Source of the DNA: Gammaproteobacteria bacterium
GTDB lineage: Bacteria; Pseudomonadota; Gammaproteobacteria; JAHELT01
DNA length: 51,995 nucleotides
Assembly: GCA_041623575.1 (NCBI GenBank)
Contig: JBFJWO010000001.1
Location: forward strand, 1-51,995
Reading direction: 5' to 3'
The notes under the pieces were generated by a model. That model searched no databases, was not told the DNA's origin, and worked only from the letters and a program-made list of their open reading frames with translations. Numbering within the stretch: position 1 is the first letter of the stretch; each line of letters begins with the position of its first letter. The translations under genes and the position numbers were made by a program. Below, in pieces: positions 27,318 to 37,943 of this stretch.

Positions 27318-27940
27318 CTCAACGCCGCGCTGGCGATGCGCTGCACCCCGGCTTCGAGCCACTGCGCGTAGGCCGCGGCGAGCGATCCCTCCAGGTCGAT
27401 GGCGCGGCAGGCGTCGTCGATCACCCAGGCCTCGAAGCCCTCGCGGCGCGCGTCCAGCGCCGAGTAGGAAACGCAGAAATCGGTGGCCAGGCCGGCGAGG
27501 AACAGGCGTTCGAAGCCGCGCGTGCGCAGGTAGCCGGCCAGTCCGGTCGGTGTCCGCCGGTCGTTCTCGTAGAAGGCCGAGTACGAATCGATGCCCGGGC
27601 GAAACCCCTTGCGGATCACCAGTTCGGCCCCATCGGTGCGCAACCCGGCGTGAAAGCGCGCCCCTGGCGAGCCCTGCACGCAATGATCCGGCCACAACAC
27701 CTGCTCGCCGTAGGCCAGGCTGGCGGTCTCGAAGGGTTGCTTGCCCGGATGGCTGGAGGCGAACGAGAGGTGTCCCGGCGGGTGCCAGTCCTGGGTCAGG
27801 ACCGCGTGCCCGAAGCGCTCGCCGAGGCCGTTGATCACCGCCACCACCGCATCGCCGTCGGCGACCGCCAGCGCGCCGCCCGGGCAGAAGTCGTTCTGCA
27901 CGTCGATCACCAGCAGGCAGTCGGTCGCGTCGTCGATCAT
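27314..27940 (-). CDS. pncA: Nicotinamidase / pyrazinamidase
   Basis: 208 aa. Isochorismatase-family motifs (LLVIDVQNDFCPGGALAV, QDWHP..H, GLATDFCV with catalytic Cys). Confidence 0.9.
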   Translation of the reverse strand: MIDDATDCLLVIDVQNDFCPGGALAVADGDAVVAVINGLGERFGHAVLTQDWHPPGHLSFASSHPGKQPFETASLAYGEQVLWPDHCVQGSPGARFHAGLRTDGAELVIRKGFRPGIDSYSAFYENDRRTPTGLAGYLRTRGFERLFLAGLATDFCVSYSALDARREGFEAWVIDDACRAIDLEGSLAAAYAQWLEAGVQRIASAALS

Positions 27941-27975
27941 GGCTGCAGACCCCGGTCACGAGGGCGGGCGCCGTA

Positions 27976-29391
27976 TTATCCCGCAGTGGGCGTCGATAAC
28001 AACCACAAGCCGAACACCGTGTAGCCGATCATCAGCGCCATCGCGGGCAACTGCATCGCGAGGCGCCGTGTGTCGCCCGGCGCTTCGCGCAGGTAGCGGG
28101 CGTGGGCGACGACCACCGCGCACAGGTGCGCCACCACGATCGCCGCGGTCTGGACCTTCCACAAAAGTGCCACCGAGGCGTGATGGGTGAGCAGCGAGGT
28201 CGTGACCGCGAAGTCGGCGGTGGAGAACAGGTCCCAGCCGCGCCCGAAAGGATCGGACACCGCGCGCAGCGCGTACTGGGCGTCCACCAGGAAGGCCGGC
28301 AGGTAGTGCGCGAAGTGATAGCCGACCGCGATCGGCACCAGCGACAGGACGAAGCTGCCGTAGCCCTGGCCCGGCGGGCGTCCGGCGAGCGCGTTGCCCG
28401 CGGCCGATGCCGCCGCGCAGGCCAGCACGAACACGGCGAAAGCCGCCGCCAGGCCGAGCGTCGCCGGCACCACGAGCGCGCTGCGCCCCGGGTACTCCAG
28501 CGGGTTCTCGCCGAGCAGGCCGAGCCAGGTGAAGGAGCGGGAGAAGCCGTCGAAGGACACGGTGGCGAGCGCCATCAGCACGAACGCCGCGCCGCTCGCG
28601 GAAAGCGGGCGGCGGCGCAACAGCCGGGCCCCGGGCCAGTGCCAGGCCAGGCGGGCACCGGCGTGACCGATCGGCGCCAGCCAGGACACGAGGGTGAAGA
28701 ACACCTGGAAGGCTTCGCCGTGGCGAAGCCAGGTACGGGGCCCGAACAGCACCATTCCCGCCAGTGTGATACCGGCGTAGGACAGCACCGCGACGGCGAG
28801 TCGCGCCGGGTCCTGCGGTGCCGGGTAGACGAGCTCGAACCAGGCGAAAGCGGCGAACAGTCCGACGGCGGGCCAGCAGCCGAGTGCGCGCGGGTAGGGC
28901 AGCAGCGCTCGCGGCCGCCGCCCGACGCTCGCCAGGCGGTGCAGGGCCGGGAACGGGCTCAGCACGGACCACAGGTTGCCGAGCAGCGCGTGGGCGAAGG
29001 TCAGGCCGATCCACCACCACGACCAGAGCAGGGTCGGCAAGGGGTTGGCGAGCGGATCGCGAGGCCCGGCGAACCCGGCGGCGACCAGCACCGCCAGCAC
29101 CGCCAGCACGATCCGGCCGGGCCAGGCACCGAGGTCGCGCCAGCGCACCCCGGTCGGGCGCGGGCGCGCCGCGCCTCGCGGCCAGCGGGCGGGCAGCACC
29201 GCGAGCAGGACAAACGACAACGCCACGACGAGCGCGCCGCCGACGATGTACTCGCGCGTCGGCAGCAGCAGGACGAAGGCACGCTGACCCGTATGAGCGC
29301 ACGATGGCGTTGCGAAGCCTGCTCCCGCCAGCGCCGCGAGGGTGCACGCGAGGCGCGCGCCGGCGCGCCTTGTCCTGACGTTTACAGCCAT
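27976..29391 (-). CDS. Polytopic inner-membrane protein of unknown function
   Basis: Start placed at the internal ATG 29391 (MAVNVRTRRAGARLACTLAALAGAGFA). About 10-12 hydrophobic segments. Same strand as pncA and 36 nt upstream of it. Confidence 0.6.
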   Translation of the reverse strand: MAVNVRTRRAGARLACTLAALAGAGFATPSCAHTGQRAFVLLLPTREYIVGGALVVALSFVLLAVLPARWPRGAARPRPTGVRWRDLGAWPGRIVLAVLAVLVAAGFAGPRDPLANPLPTLLWSWWWIGLTFAHALLGNLWSVLSPFPALHRLASVGRRPRALLPYPRALGCWPAVGLFAAFAWFELVYPAPQDPARLAVAVLSYAGITLAGMVLFGPRTWLRHGEAFQVFFTLVSWLAPIGHAGARLAWHWPGARLLRRRPLSASGAAFVLMALATVSFDGFSRSFTWLGLLGENPLEYPGRSALVVPATLGLAAAFAVFVLACAAASAAGNALAGRPPGQGYGSFVLSLVPIAVGYHFAHYLPAFLVDAQYALRAVSDPFGRGWDLFSTADFAVTTSLLTHHASVALLWKVQTAAIVVAHLCAVVVAHARYLREAPGDTRRLAMQLPAMALMIGYTVFGLWLLSTPTAG

Positions 29392-29458
29392 GCTATAGGT
29401 AGCCGCCCAAAAGGTAGCCGCACCGGTCACGCGGCGCTCGCCCGAGGAGGGAGACATA

Positions 29459-30793
29459 ATGAACAAAACCGGCCGCAACGCAAAGACACCTTCTCCACCC
29501 GCTGCGCCCGTTTCGCGGCGCCGGCTGCTGCAGGCGGGCGCCGCGCTCGGCGGCACGGCGGGCGTGGCGGGAGGCGTGGTGCCGGGTATGCTCGCGAGCA
29601 GCGCCTACGCGCAGGGCAGCGACCGCCCGATCCGGATCGGCTTCCAGGTGCACCGCACCGGCATCGGCGCGGTCTACGGGCGCTGGTACGAGCGTACCGC
29701 CAACGCCGCGGCCGCCTTCATCAACGACCTCGGCGGCATCGCCGGGCGCCCGGTGGAGATCGTGCCCGAAGACGACGGCACCGACCCCAAGCGCGGCGCC
29801 GAGGTGGTCGAGAAACTGGCCGTGCAGCACAAGGTGGATTTCGTCTACGGGCCGTTGTTCTCGCACGTCGTGATCGGCTCGGCGCCGCGCGCCGGCGAGC
29901 TGAAGATTCCCTATTTCGTGGTCAGCGAGGGCTATCACGTCGCCTCGGGCAAGCTCAACCGCTACGTGTTCCAGCCCGGAATCACCGACGTGCGCGCCCA
30001 GGTGACGGCCATCGCGGGCTGGGTGATGGACAACCTCGGCAAGCGCGTGGCGATGATCTACCCCGACTACGCGTTCGGCTACGACCACCGGGATTTCTTC
30101 AGCGCCGCCGCCGAGAGCCGCGGCGGCACCATCACCGCCCACCTCGCCATCCCGCCGACCGAGTCCTCGTACACGCGCTATTTCCCGCGCATCCCGCCGG
30201 ACACCGAGGTGCTCTACCACGTGATGGTCGGTCCCGGGGTGTTGACCTTCGTCAAGGAGATGGGCGAGCACTTCGGCTCGCGCCGCCCGGAGATCTTCGG
30301 CTTCATCGATTCGCTGGAGGGCGTCGACATCGCGAGCCCCGGGCTCGGTTTCCTCGACGGCACCTACCTGTGGGAGGCGCTGCCGCGCTATGCCGACGGC
30401 TACCCGACGCGCTTCGAGGCGAACTTCCGCCGGGCGGTGGGCGTCGACGCCAACGGTGCCAGCGCAGCCGACGGCAAGGACGTGGCGACCTACTCGCACA
30501 TGTTCGGCTGCTGGGAGACGCTGTTCGCGATCAAGGAGGCGGTGGAGGCGAGCGGCTACCGCACCCCGCGCGACTACCCGGCGCTGATCGAGACCCTGGA
30601 GGGGTTTCGCTATTTCAACGAGGGACTGGGGCATCCGCAGGGCGGCAAGCAGTTCGTCGGCGCGCTGCACCAGTGTTTCGGGCAGCAGTTCATCTCGCGG
30701 GTCGCCGATCGCCGCCTGAACGTGGTGCACCGCACCGCCATAGAGGACGGACTGTACCCGCCCGAGGCGGACTACACGAAACAGCCGCTGTAG
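29459..30793 (+). CDS. ABC transporter substrate-binding protein, LIV/amide (type I PBP) family, with Tat-like signal
   Basis: 444 aa. RRRLLQAGAALGG twin-arginine motif, then a Leu/Ile/Val-binding-protein-like core (IRIGFQ..GIAGRPVEIVPEDDGTDPKRGAEVVEKL..KVDFVYGP). Confidence 0.88.
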   Translation: MNKTGRNAKTPSPPAAPVSRRRLLQAGAALGGTAGVAGGVVPGMLASSAYAQGSDRPIRIGFQVHRTGIGAVYGRWYERTANAAAAFINDLGGIAGRPVEIVPEDDGTDPKRGAEVVEKLAVQHKVDFVYGPLFSHVVIGSAPRAGELKIPYFVVSEGYHVASGKLNRYVFQPGITDVRAQVTAIAGWVMDNLGKRVAMIYPDYAFGYDHRDFFSAAAESRGGTITAHLAIPPTESSYTRYFPRIPPDTEVLYHVMVGPGVLTFVKEMGEHFGSRRPEIFGFIDSLEGVDIASPGLGFLDGTYLWEALPRYADGYPTRFEANFRRAVGVDANGASAADGKDVATYSHMFGCWETLFAIKEAVEASGYRTPRDYPALIETLEGFRYFNEGLGHPQGGKQFVGALHQCFGQQFISRVADRRLNVVHRTAIEDGLYPPEADYTKQPL

Positions 30794-30833
30794 GCTCACC
30801 ACCGGCGCCGGCGCCCGCCGGCGCCCGCACCCG

Positions 30834-31715
30834 ATGAGCTTCGGCCCCTACCTGTTCCTCGCGTTCCTCGAGGGCACCGTGACGGCGTTCGTGCTGGCGC
30901 TGACCGCGCTCGGCCTGTCGCTGGTGTTCGGCGTGATGCGCATCGTCAACGTCGCTCACGGCGAGTTCTTCATGCTGGGCGCGGTGCTCGCCTGGTACTG
31001 CTCGACGCTGCTCGAGGGCAGCCCGCTCGCCGGCTTCGCCCTGGCCCTGCTGCTCGCGCCGCTGGCGGTGGGCGCGCTGGCGCTCGCGAGCGACTGGCTG
31101 ATCCTGAGGCGCGTGAACTACAACCCCGAGAGCACCATCGTCGCGACCATCGGCCTGCTCTACATCGTGCAGCAACTGGTGCTGACGTTCTACGGGCCGG
31201 AAGCGCGCCCGGTGGCCGCACCGGTGTATTTCCGGGTGAGTTTCCCGTGGTTCGGCTATTCCGGCTACAAGCTGATCGTGGCGGGCCTTGCCGCAGCGTT
31301 GCTGCTGGCGACCTGGTACGCGATGTCGCGCACGCGCCTGGGCCTGTACATGCGCGCCACCCAGCAGGACCTGGAGATCGCCCAGGCCTTCGGCGTGCCG
31401 GTGCGCCGCGTCTATGCCACGGTGTTCGCGCTCGGCGCCATGCTCGCGGCGGTGGCCGGCGTGCTGATCGTGCCGGTGCAGCAGGCCCACTACCTGATGG
31501 GGCTCGACCCGCTGCTGCTGTCGTTCATCGTGGTCATCATCGGGGGCCTCGGCAGTCTCAAGGGCACGGTGGTGGCGGCCTTCCTGATCGGTATCAGCGA
31601 CGGCATGATCTCGGTGTTCTTCTCGCCGACCCTGGCCAAGATCCTCGCCACCCTGCTGGTCGCGGCGGTGCTGGTGTTCCGTCCCGGCGGGCTGTTCGGT
31701 GACAACCGGGCCTGA
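30834..31715 (+). CDS. Branched-chain amino acid-type ABC permease (LivH-like)
   Basis: 293 aa. Typical LivH sequence (GLSLVFGVMRIVNVAHGEFFMLGA). Confidence 0.9.
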   Translation: MSFGPYLFLAFLEGTVTAFVLALTALGLSLVFGVMRIVNVAHGEFFMLGAVLAWYCSTLLEGSPLAGFALALLLAPLAVGALALASDWLILRRVNYNPESTIVATIGLLYIVQQLVLTFYGPEARPVAAPVYFRVSFPWFGYSGYKLIVAGLAAALLLATWYAMSRTRLGLYMRATQQDLEIAQAFGVPVRRVYATVFALGAMLAAVAGVLIVPVQQAHYLMGLDPLLLSFIVVIIGGLGSLKGTVVAAFLIGISDGMISVFFSPTLAKILATLLVAAVLVFRPGGLFGDNRA

Positions 31716-32684
31716 GGACGGCGGCGCGCCACGCCGCCGGCTGGGACGCGTCGTCGCCCTGCACCTGGCGATCGTCGCCGCGTTGTTCCTCGCTCAGTTC
31801 CTGCTGCCCGCCTATCACTACACCAACGTGGCCCGCATCATGGTGCTGGCGACGTTCGCGATCGGCTACAACGTGCTGTTCGGTTACACCGGGCTGATGA
31901 GTCTCGGCCATGCCATGTTCTTCGCCGCCGGCATGTACGCGACGGGCTTGAGCGTCTACTACTTCGAGGTCACGGCGGTACCGGCGCTGGCTCTCGGCGT
32001 GCTCGCCGGGGCGGTCGTGGCGGCGCTGTTCGGCCTGGTGGCGTTGCGCACCAGCGGCGTGTCGTTCCTGATCGTCACGCTCATGTTCGCCCAGGCGCTG
32101 TACCTGACCATCCTCTACTTCAACGAGATCACGTTCGGCGACCAGGGCTTCACGCTGTCGCGCGCGCTCGCGCCGCTGAACGTCGCGGGCACCGCCGTGC
32201 CGTTCTCGGAACCGGCGCTGAAGTACAACGGCGCCTGGCTGGTGGTGTCGCTGGCGCTGTTGGTGAGCGCGGCCCTGGCCGCCTCGCCCATCGGCCGGGT
32301 GCTGGTGGCGGTGCGCGAGAACGAGGAGCGCACGCGCCTGCTCGGCTACAACACCTTCGCCTACAAGCTGCTCGCGCTGGTGGTATCGGGGGCCATAGCC
32401 GCCGCCTCGGGCGCCGCGTACGCGTTGCTCTTCTCCTACGTCGGCGCGACCTTCGGCTCGATCCTGTACTCGATCTACCCGCTGCTGTGGACGCTGCTGG
32501 GCGGCGCCGGGACCACGCTCGGGCCGCTGGTCGGGACCGGCGTGATGTACTACCTGATCGACGTCACCAGCGGCTGGACCAGCGCGTACCTGTTCGTGGT
32601 GGGCGGCAGCCTGCTGGCGCTCGTGTTGTGGTTCCCGCTCGGCATCATGGGTGCGGTGCGCGCACGCTGGCTGCGCTGGCTGCC

Positions 32685-32688
<4 letters not shown>
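31699..32688 (+). CDS. Branched-chain amino acid-type ABC permease (LivM-like)
   Basis: 329 aa. LivM signature (GYNVLFGYTGLMSLGHAMFFAAGMY). GTG start overlaps the livH-like end. Confidence 0.87.
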
Positions 32689-33421
<733 letters not shown>

Positions 33422-33428
<7 letters not shown>

Positions 33429-34123
33429 GCCTGGCCGGCGTCGATGCCGGCTACGGTCGCGTGCAGGTGTTGCGCGGGGTGAGCCTGGAGGTCGGGGACG
33501 GCGAGGTCCTGGGCCTGCTCGGGCGCAACGGCGCAGGCAAGACCACCTTGCTCAAGGCCATCCTGGGGCTGGTGAGCGTGCACGCCGGGCGCATCCGCCT
33601 CGGTGAGACCGACCTCGGTGCGTTGCCGCCGCACGAAGTCCCGCGCCAGGGCGTCGCTTATGTCCCGCAGGGCCGGCGCCTGTTCGCGGGCCTGAGCGTG
33701 CGCGAGAACCTGCAGATGGGGTTGCTGGTCCGCGGCGCCGGGCCCGAGACGCTCGACTGGGTGCTGGAGCTGTTCCCGGTGCTGCGCGAGCGCCTGCAGC
33801 AGCGCGCCGGGACGCTCAGCGGCGGGCAGCAGCAGATGGCGGCCATGGCCCGCGCGCTCTGCGCGCGCCCGCGCGTGCTGCTGCTCGACGAGCCCACGGA
33901 GGGGCTGCAACCGAGCCGGGTCGACACCCTGCTCGAGACCATCGCCGGGCTCGAGTCGCGCGGCGTCTCGGTGCTGCTGGTCGAGCAGAAAGTCGAGGCG
34001 GCGCTGCGCGTGGCGCGCCGGGTGGTGTTCCTCGAAAACGGTGTCGTGCGCCACGAGGCCCTGGCCGAGGAACTGGCCGCCGACCCCGAACCGCTCACCC
34101 GTTACGTCGGGGTCAGGCGTTGA
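33422..34123 (+). CDS. ABC transporter ATP-binding protein (LivF-like)
   Basis: ATG at 33422 overlaps the livG-like stop (ATGCTGA). Walker A GRNGAGKTT, signature LSGGQQQM, Walker B LLLDEP. Confidence 0.9.
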
Positions 34124-34251
34124 GGGCCGCGGGCCCTGCGCAATCCTTGCCCTTGTCGCGCCTATCAGGCTAGTCTGCCGCGGTGGACGCGGCGGCAGCG
34201 GGGCCGCACGGCCGCGCCGACCAACGAAACAGCAGACATCCGGAGGAACCC

Positions 34252-35247
34252 ATGAACCGCAAGCTGATCGGCATCACTCTTGGCGCGTTCGCGCTGCTCG
34301 GCACGAGCCTGGCAGCGGAGATCAAGCCGGCCGTGGTCTACGACCTCGGCGGCAAGTTCGACAAGTCGTTCAACGAAGGCGTGTACAACGGTGCGGAGAA
34401 GTTCAAGACCGACACCGGCGTGGAGTACCGCGACTTCGAGATCCAGAACGACAGCCAGCGCGAGCAGGCGTTGCGCAACTTCGCCCGGCGCGGCTACAGC
34501 CCGATCGTCGCGGTCGGGTTCTCCCACGCCGCGGCGGTCGAGAAAGTGGCCGGCGAGTTCCCCGACACCAAGTTCGCCATCATCGACATGGTGGTCGACA
34601 AGCCCAACGTCGCCTCCATCGTGTTCAAGGAGCACGAGGGCAGCTACCTGGTGGGCGTGCTCGCCGCGATGGCCTCCAAGACCGGCAAGGTCGGGTTCGT
34701 CGGCGGTATGGACATCCCGCTGATCCGGCGCTTCGCCTGCGGCTACGTGGGCGGCGTGAAGGCGGCCAACGCGAACGCCGAGGTCTACCAGAACATGACC
34801 GGCACCACCGGCGCGGCCTGGTCCGACCCGGTGAAAGGCGGGGAGCTGGCCAAGTCGCAGTTCGGGCGCGGCGCCGACGTCGTCTACCACGCGGCCGGCG
34901 GCACCGGCCTCGGTGTGCTGCAGGCCGCGGCCGACGCGGGCAAGCTCGGCATCGGCGTCGACTCCAACCAGAACCACCTGCACCCGGGCAAGGTGCTCAC
35001 CTCGATGTTGAAGCGCGTCGACGTGGCCGCCTACGACGTGTTCAAGGCGGCGATGGACGACAAGTTCGCCTCCGGCGTGAAAGTGCTCGGCCTGGCCCAG
35101 GGCGGCGTCGGCTGGTCGCTCGACGACAACAACCGCCCGCTGATCAGCAGCGAGATGATGGCCGCCGTCGACCGCGCGAAAGACGACATCATTTCCGGGC
35201 GCGTGAAGGTCCACGACTACATGTCGGACTCCAAGTGCCCGTACTGA
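34252..35247 (+). CDS. BMP-family (basic membrane protein / PnrA-like) nucleoside-binding ABC substrate-binding protein
   Basis: ATG at 34252 with a GGAGGA RBS, then a signal peptide. BMP hallmarks (VYDLGGKFDKSFNEG, FEIQNDSQRE, GFVGGMDIP, DSNQN). Confidence 0.9.
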   Translation: MNRKLIGITLGAFALLGTSLAAEIKPAVVYDLGGKFDKSFNEGVYNGAEKFKTDTGVEYRDFEIQNDSQREQALRNFARRGYSPIVAVGFSHAAAVEKVAGEFPDTKFAIIDMVVDKPNVASIVFKEHEGSYLVGVLAAMASKTGKVGFVGGMDIPLIRRFACGYVGGVKAANANAEVYQNMTGTTGAAWSDPVKGGELAKSQFGRGADVVYHAAGGTGLGVLQAAADAGKLGIGVDSNQNHLHPGKVLTSMLKRVDVAAYDVFKAAMDDKFASGVKVLGLAQGGVGWSLDDNNRPLISSEMMAAVDRAKDDIISGRVKVHDYMSDSKCPY

Positions 35248-35289
35248 GCTGACCGCGGGCGTTCGACTTCGATCGCGGGAGGGCTGGCG

Positions 35290-36828
35290 ATGACCGGCGA
35301 GCGTCAGCCCCCCGTGATCGAGCTCGTGGGCATTTCCAAGAGCTTCGGCGCGGTCCGCGCCAACCGCGATATCTCGCTCGCCGTCGAGCGCGGCACCATC
35401 CACGGCATCGTCGGCGAGAACGGCGCCGGCAAGTCGACCCTGATGTCGATCCTCTACGGCTTCTACCAGGCCGACTCGGGCGAGATAAGGGTCAACGGCG
35501 AGCGGCGCACCATCGACAGCCCCGACGCGGCGATCGCGGCCGGCATCGGCATGGTGCACCAGCACTTCATGCTGGTCGACACCTTCACCGCGCTCGAGAA
35601 CGTGGTGCTCGGGGCGGAAGGCGGCCTGACCCTGAAACACGGTCTGGCCCGCGCGCGCCAGGCGTTGATCGATCTCGAGCGCGACTACGGCCTCGAAGTG
35701 CCGCTCGACGAGCCCGTCGGAGAACTCACCGTCGGCCAGCAGCAGCGCCTGGAGATCCTGAAGGCGCTGTTTCGCGGCGCCGACATGCTGATCCTCGACG
35801 AGCCCACCGGCGTGCTGACCCCGGCCGAGGCGAACCACCTGTTCCGCATCCTGCGCCAGTTGAAAACGCAGGGGCGAACCGTGGTGCTCATCACCCACAA
35901 GCTGCGCGAGATCATGTCCATCACCGACAACGTGTCGGTCATGCGCCGCGGCGAGATGGTCGAGACCCTGGCGACCGCGCAGGCCTCGCCGGAGAAGCTC
36001 GCCGAGCTGATGGTGGGGCGGCGGGTGTTGCTGCGCGTCGACAAAAGCGCGCGCGCACCCGAACGCGACATCCTGAAGGTCGAGAACCTGAGCATCCGCG
36101 ACGAGGACGGCGTGACCCGCGTGAACGACGTCTCGTTCACGGTGCGCGCCGGCGAGATCGTCGGCATTGCCGGGGTCGCCGACAACGGTCAGAGCGAGCT
36201 GCTGCAGGCGCTCTCGGGCATGCGGCCCTTCGACGCGGGGACGGTCACCATCGACGGTCACCGCCTGGACCCGCACGCGAGCGACAACTACCGCCTGCGC
36301 GAGTGGGGCGTCGCGCACGTGCCCGAGGACCGCCACCGAATGGGCCTGGTGGTGCCTTTCGAGGCCAACGAGAACGTGCTGCTCGGCTATCACCGCGAAC
36401 GCGACTACCGCCGCGGCCCGCTGCTCGACCGGCGCGCCATCATCGAGGACACCGCCCGCAAGATGGAGAAGTTCGACGTGCGCCCGAGCTTCCCGCGCCT
36501 GAAGACGTCGCTGTTCTCCGGGGGCAACCAGCAGAAGATCGTGCTCGCGCGCGAGATCGAGCACGACCCCGACCTGCTGCTGGTCGGCCAGCCGACCCGC
36601 GGCGTCGACATCGGCGCGATCGAATTCATCCACCGGCGGCTGATCGAGCTGCGTGACGCGGGCAAGGCCATCCTGCTGGTGTCGGTCGAGCTCGACGAGA
36701 TCCAGTCGCTGGCCGATCGCATCCTGGTGATGTTCGCCGGCGCCATCGTCGGCGAGTGCGCGCCCGGCGTCTCGGAGAACGAGCTCGGCATGCTGATGGC
36801 CGGCGTCACGCCGGGCGAAAGCGCGTGA
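35290..36828 (+). CDS. Dual-cassette ABC ATPase of the BMP/nucleoside (sugar-type) importer
   Basis: 512 aa. First cassette: GENGAGKST, LTVGQQQRLEI, LILDEPT. The second cassette is degenerate (LFSGGNQQK). Confidence 0.92.
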   Translation: MTGERQPPVIELVGISKSFGAVRANRDISLAVERGTIHGIVGENGAGKSTLMSILYGFYQADSGEIRVNGERRTIDSPDAAIAAGIGMVHQHFMLVDTFTALENVVLGAEGGLTLKHGLARARQALIDLERDYGLEVPLDEPVGELTVGQQQRLEILKALFRGADMLILDEPTGVLTPAEANHLFRILRQLKTQGRTVVLITHKLREIMSITDNVSVMRRGEMVETLATAQASPEKLAELMVGRRVLLRVDKSARAPERDILKVENLSIRDEDGVTRVNDVSFTVRAGEIVGIAGVADNGQSELLQALSGMRPFDAGTVTIDGHRLDPHASDNYRLREWGVAHVPEDRHRMGLVVPFEANENVLLGYHRERDYRRGPLLDRRAIIEDTARKMEKFDVRPSFPRLKTSLFSGGNQQKIVLAREIEHDPDLLLVGQPTRGVDIGAIEFIHRRLIELRDAGKAILLVSVELDEIQSLADRILVMFAGAIVGECAPGVSENELGMLMAGVTPGESA

Positions 36829-37943
36829 GCGCACCGCTCGGCGAGGCCCCGCGCTGGGTCACCGCGGTGCTGTTGCCGGCGCTCAACGTCAGCGCCGCGT
36901 TCCTGGTGTCCGGGCTGGTGGTGCTGCTGATCGGCGAGGACCCGCTGGAGGTGGTGCAGCTGCTGCTGTTCGGTGCTTTCGGCTTCGGCGAAGGCATCGG
37001 CTACACGCTTTTCTACACCACCAATTTCATCTTCACCGGGCTCGCGTTCGCGGTGGCGTTTCACGCCGGGCTGTTCAACATCGGCGCGGAGGGTCAGGCC
37101 TACATCGGCGGACTCGGGGTGGCGCTGGCCTGCCTGCACCTCGATTTCCTGCCGCTCGCCGTACTGATCCCGCTGGCGCTTGCCGGCGCGGCGGCTTTCG
37201 GCGCCGCCTGGGCGCTGTTGCCCGGCTGGCTGCAGGCCTACCGCGGCAGCCACGTGGTGATCACCACCATCATGTTCAATTTCATCGCCGCCTCGGTGAT
37301 GGTCTACCTGCTGGTCAACGTGATGTCGCCGCCGGGCTCCATGCAGCCCGAATCGGCGACCTTTGCCGAGGGCGCGCGCCTGCCGTTCCTGCACGATGTG
37401 CTGCGCGCGCTCGGCTTCCAGGCGGCGGCCTCGCCGCTGAACCTCTCGTTCGTGTGGGCGCTGATCTGCTGTGCGCTGGTGTGGGTGTTGATCTGGCGCA
37501 CGCCGCTCGGCTACGCGCTGCGCACCCTCGGGGCGAATCCGACGGCCGCGGTGTACGGCGGCATGTCGCCGCGTCGCCTGACGGTCATCGCCATGTTGAT
37601 CTCCGGCGCGCTCGCCGGCAGCCTCGCCGTCAACGAGATCATGGGCAACCAGCACCGGCTGATCCTCGAGTTCACCGCCGGCTACGGGTTCGTCGGCATC
37701 GCGGTGGCGCTGATGGGGCGCTCGCACCCGGTCGGCATCTGCCTGGCGGCGCTGTTGTTCGGCGCCCTCTACCAGGGGGGTGCCGAACTCGCCTTCGAGA
37801 AACCCCAGATCACCCGCGACATGGTGGTGGTGATCCAGGGGCTGATCATCTTCTTCGCCGGTGCGCTGGAGAACCTTTTTCGCCCGCGACTGGTGCGGTT
37901 GTTTACGCCGCGCGCCCGCCAGGCGCTGCTGGAAGAGGCTTGA
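36825..37943 (+). CDS. ABC permease (BMP/nucleoside importer, subunit 1)
   Basis: GTG at 36825 in a GTGA overlap with the ATPase stop. Multi-TM protein. Confidence 0.85.
   Translation: MSAPLGEAPRWVTAVLLPALNVSAAFLVSGLVVLLIGEDPLEVVQLLLFGAFGFGEGIGYTLFYTTNFIFTGLAFAVAFHAGLFNIGAEGQAYIGGLGVALACLHLDFLPLAVLIPLALAGAAAFGAAWALLPGWLQAYRGSHVVITTIMFNFIAASVMVYLLVNVMSPPGSMQPESATFAEGARLPFLHDVLRALGFQAAASPLNLSFVWALICCALVWVLIWRTPLGYALRTLGANPTAAVYGGMSPRRLTVIAMLISGALAGSLAVNEIMGNQHRLILEFTAGYGFVGIAVALMGRSHPVGICLAALLFGALYQGGAELAFEKPQITRDMVVVIQGLIIFFAGALENLFRPRLVRLFTPRARQALLEEA

Noticed and set aside
28102-30837. 911-aa plus-strand ORF
   Set aside because: It is antisense to the polytopic membrane gene and out of frame with the substrate-binding protein gene. 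It is extremely Arg/Gly-rich.
32487-32684. Upstream extension of the livG-like ORF
   Set aside because: It overlaps the livM-like gene by ~200 nt. The GTG at 32685 gives the standard N-terminus just before the Walker A motif.
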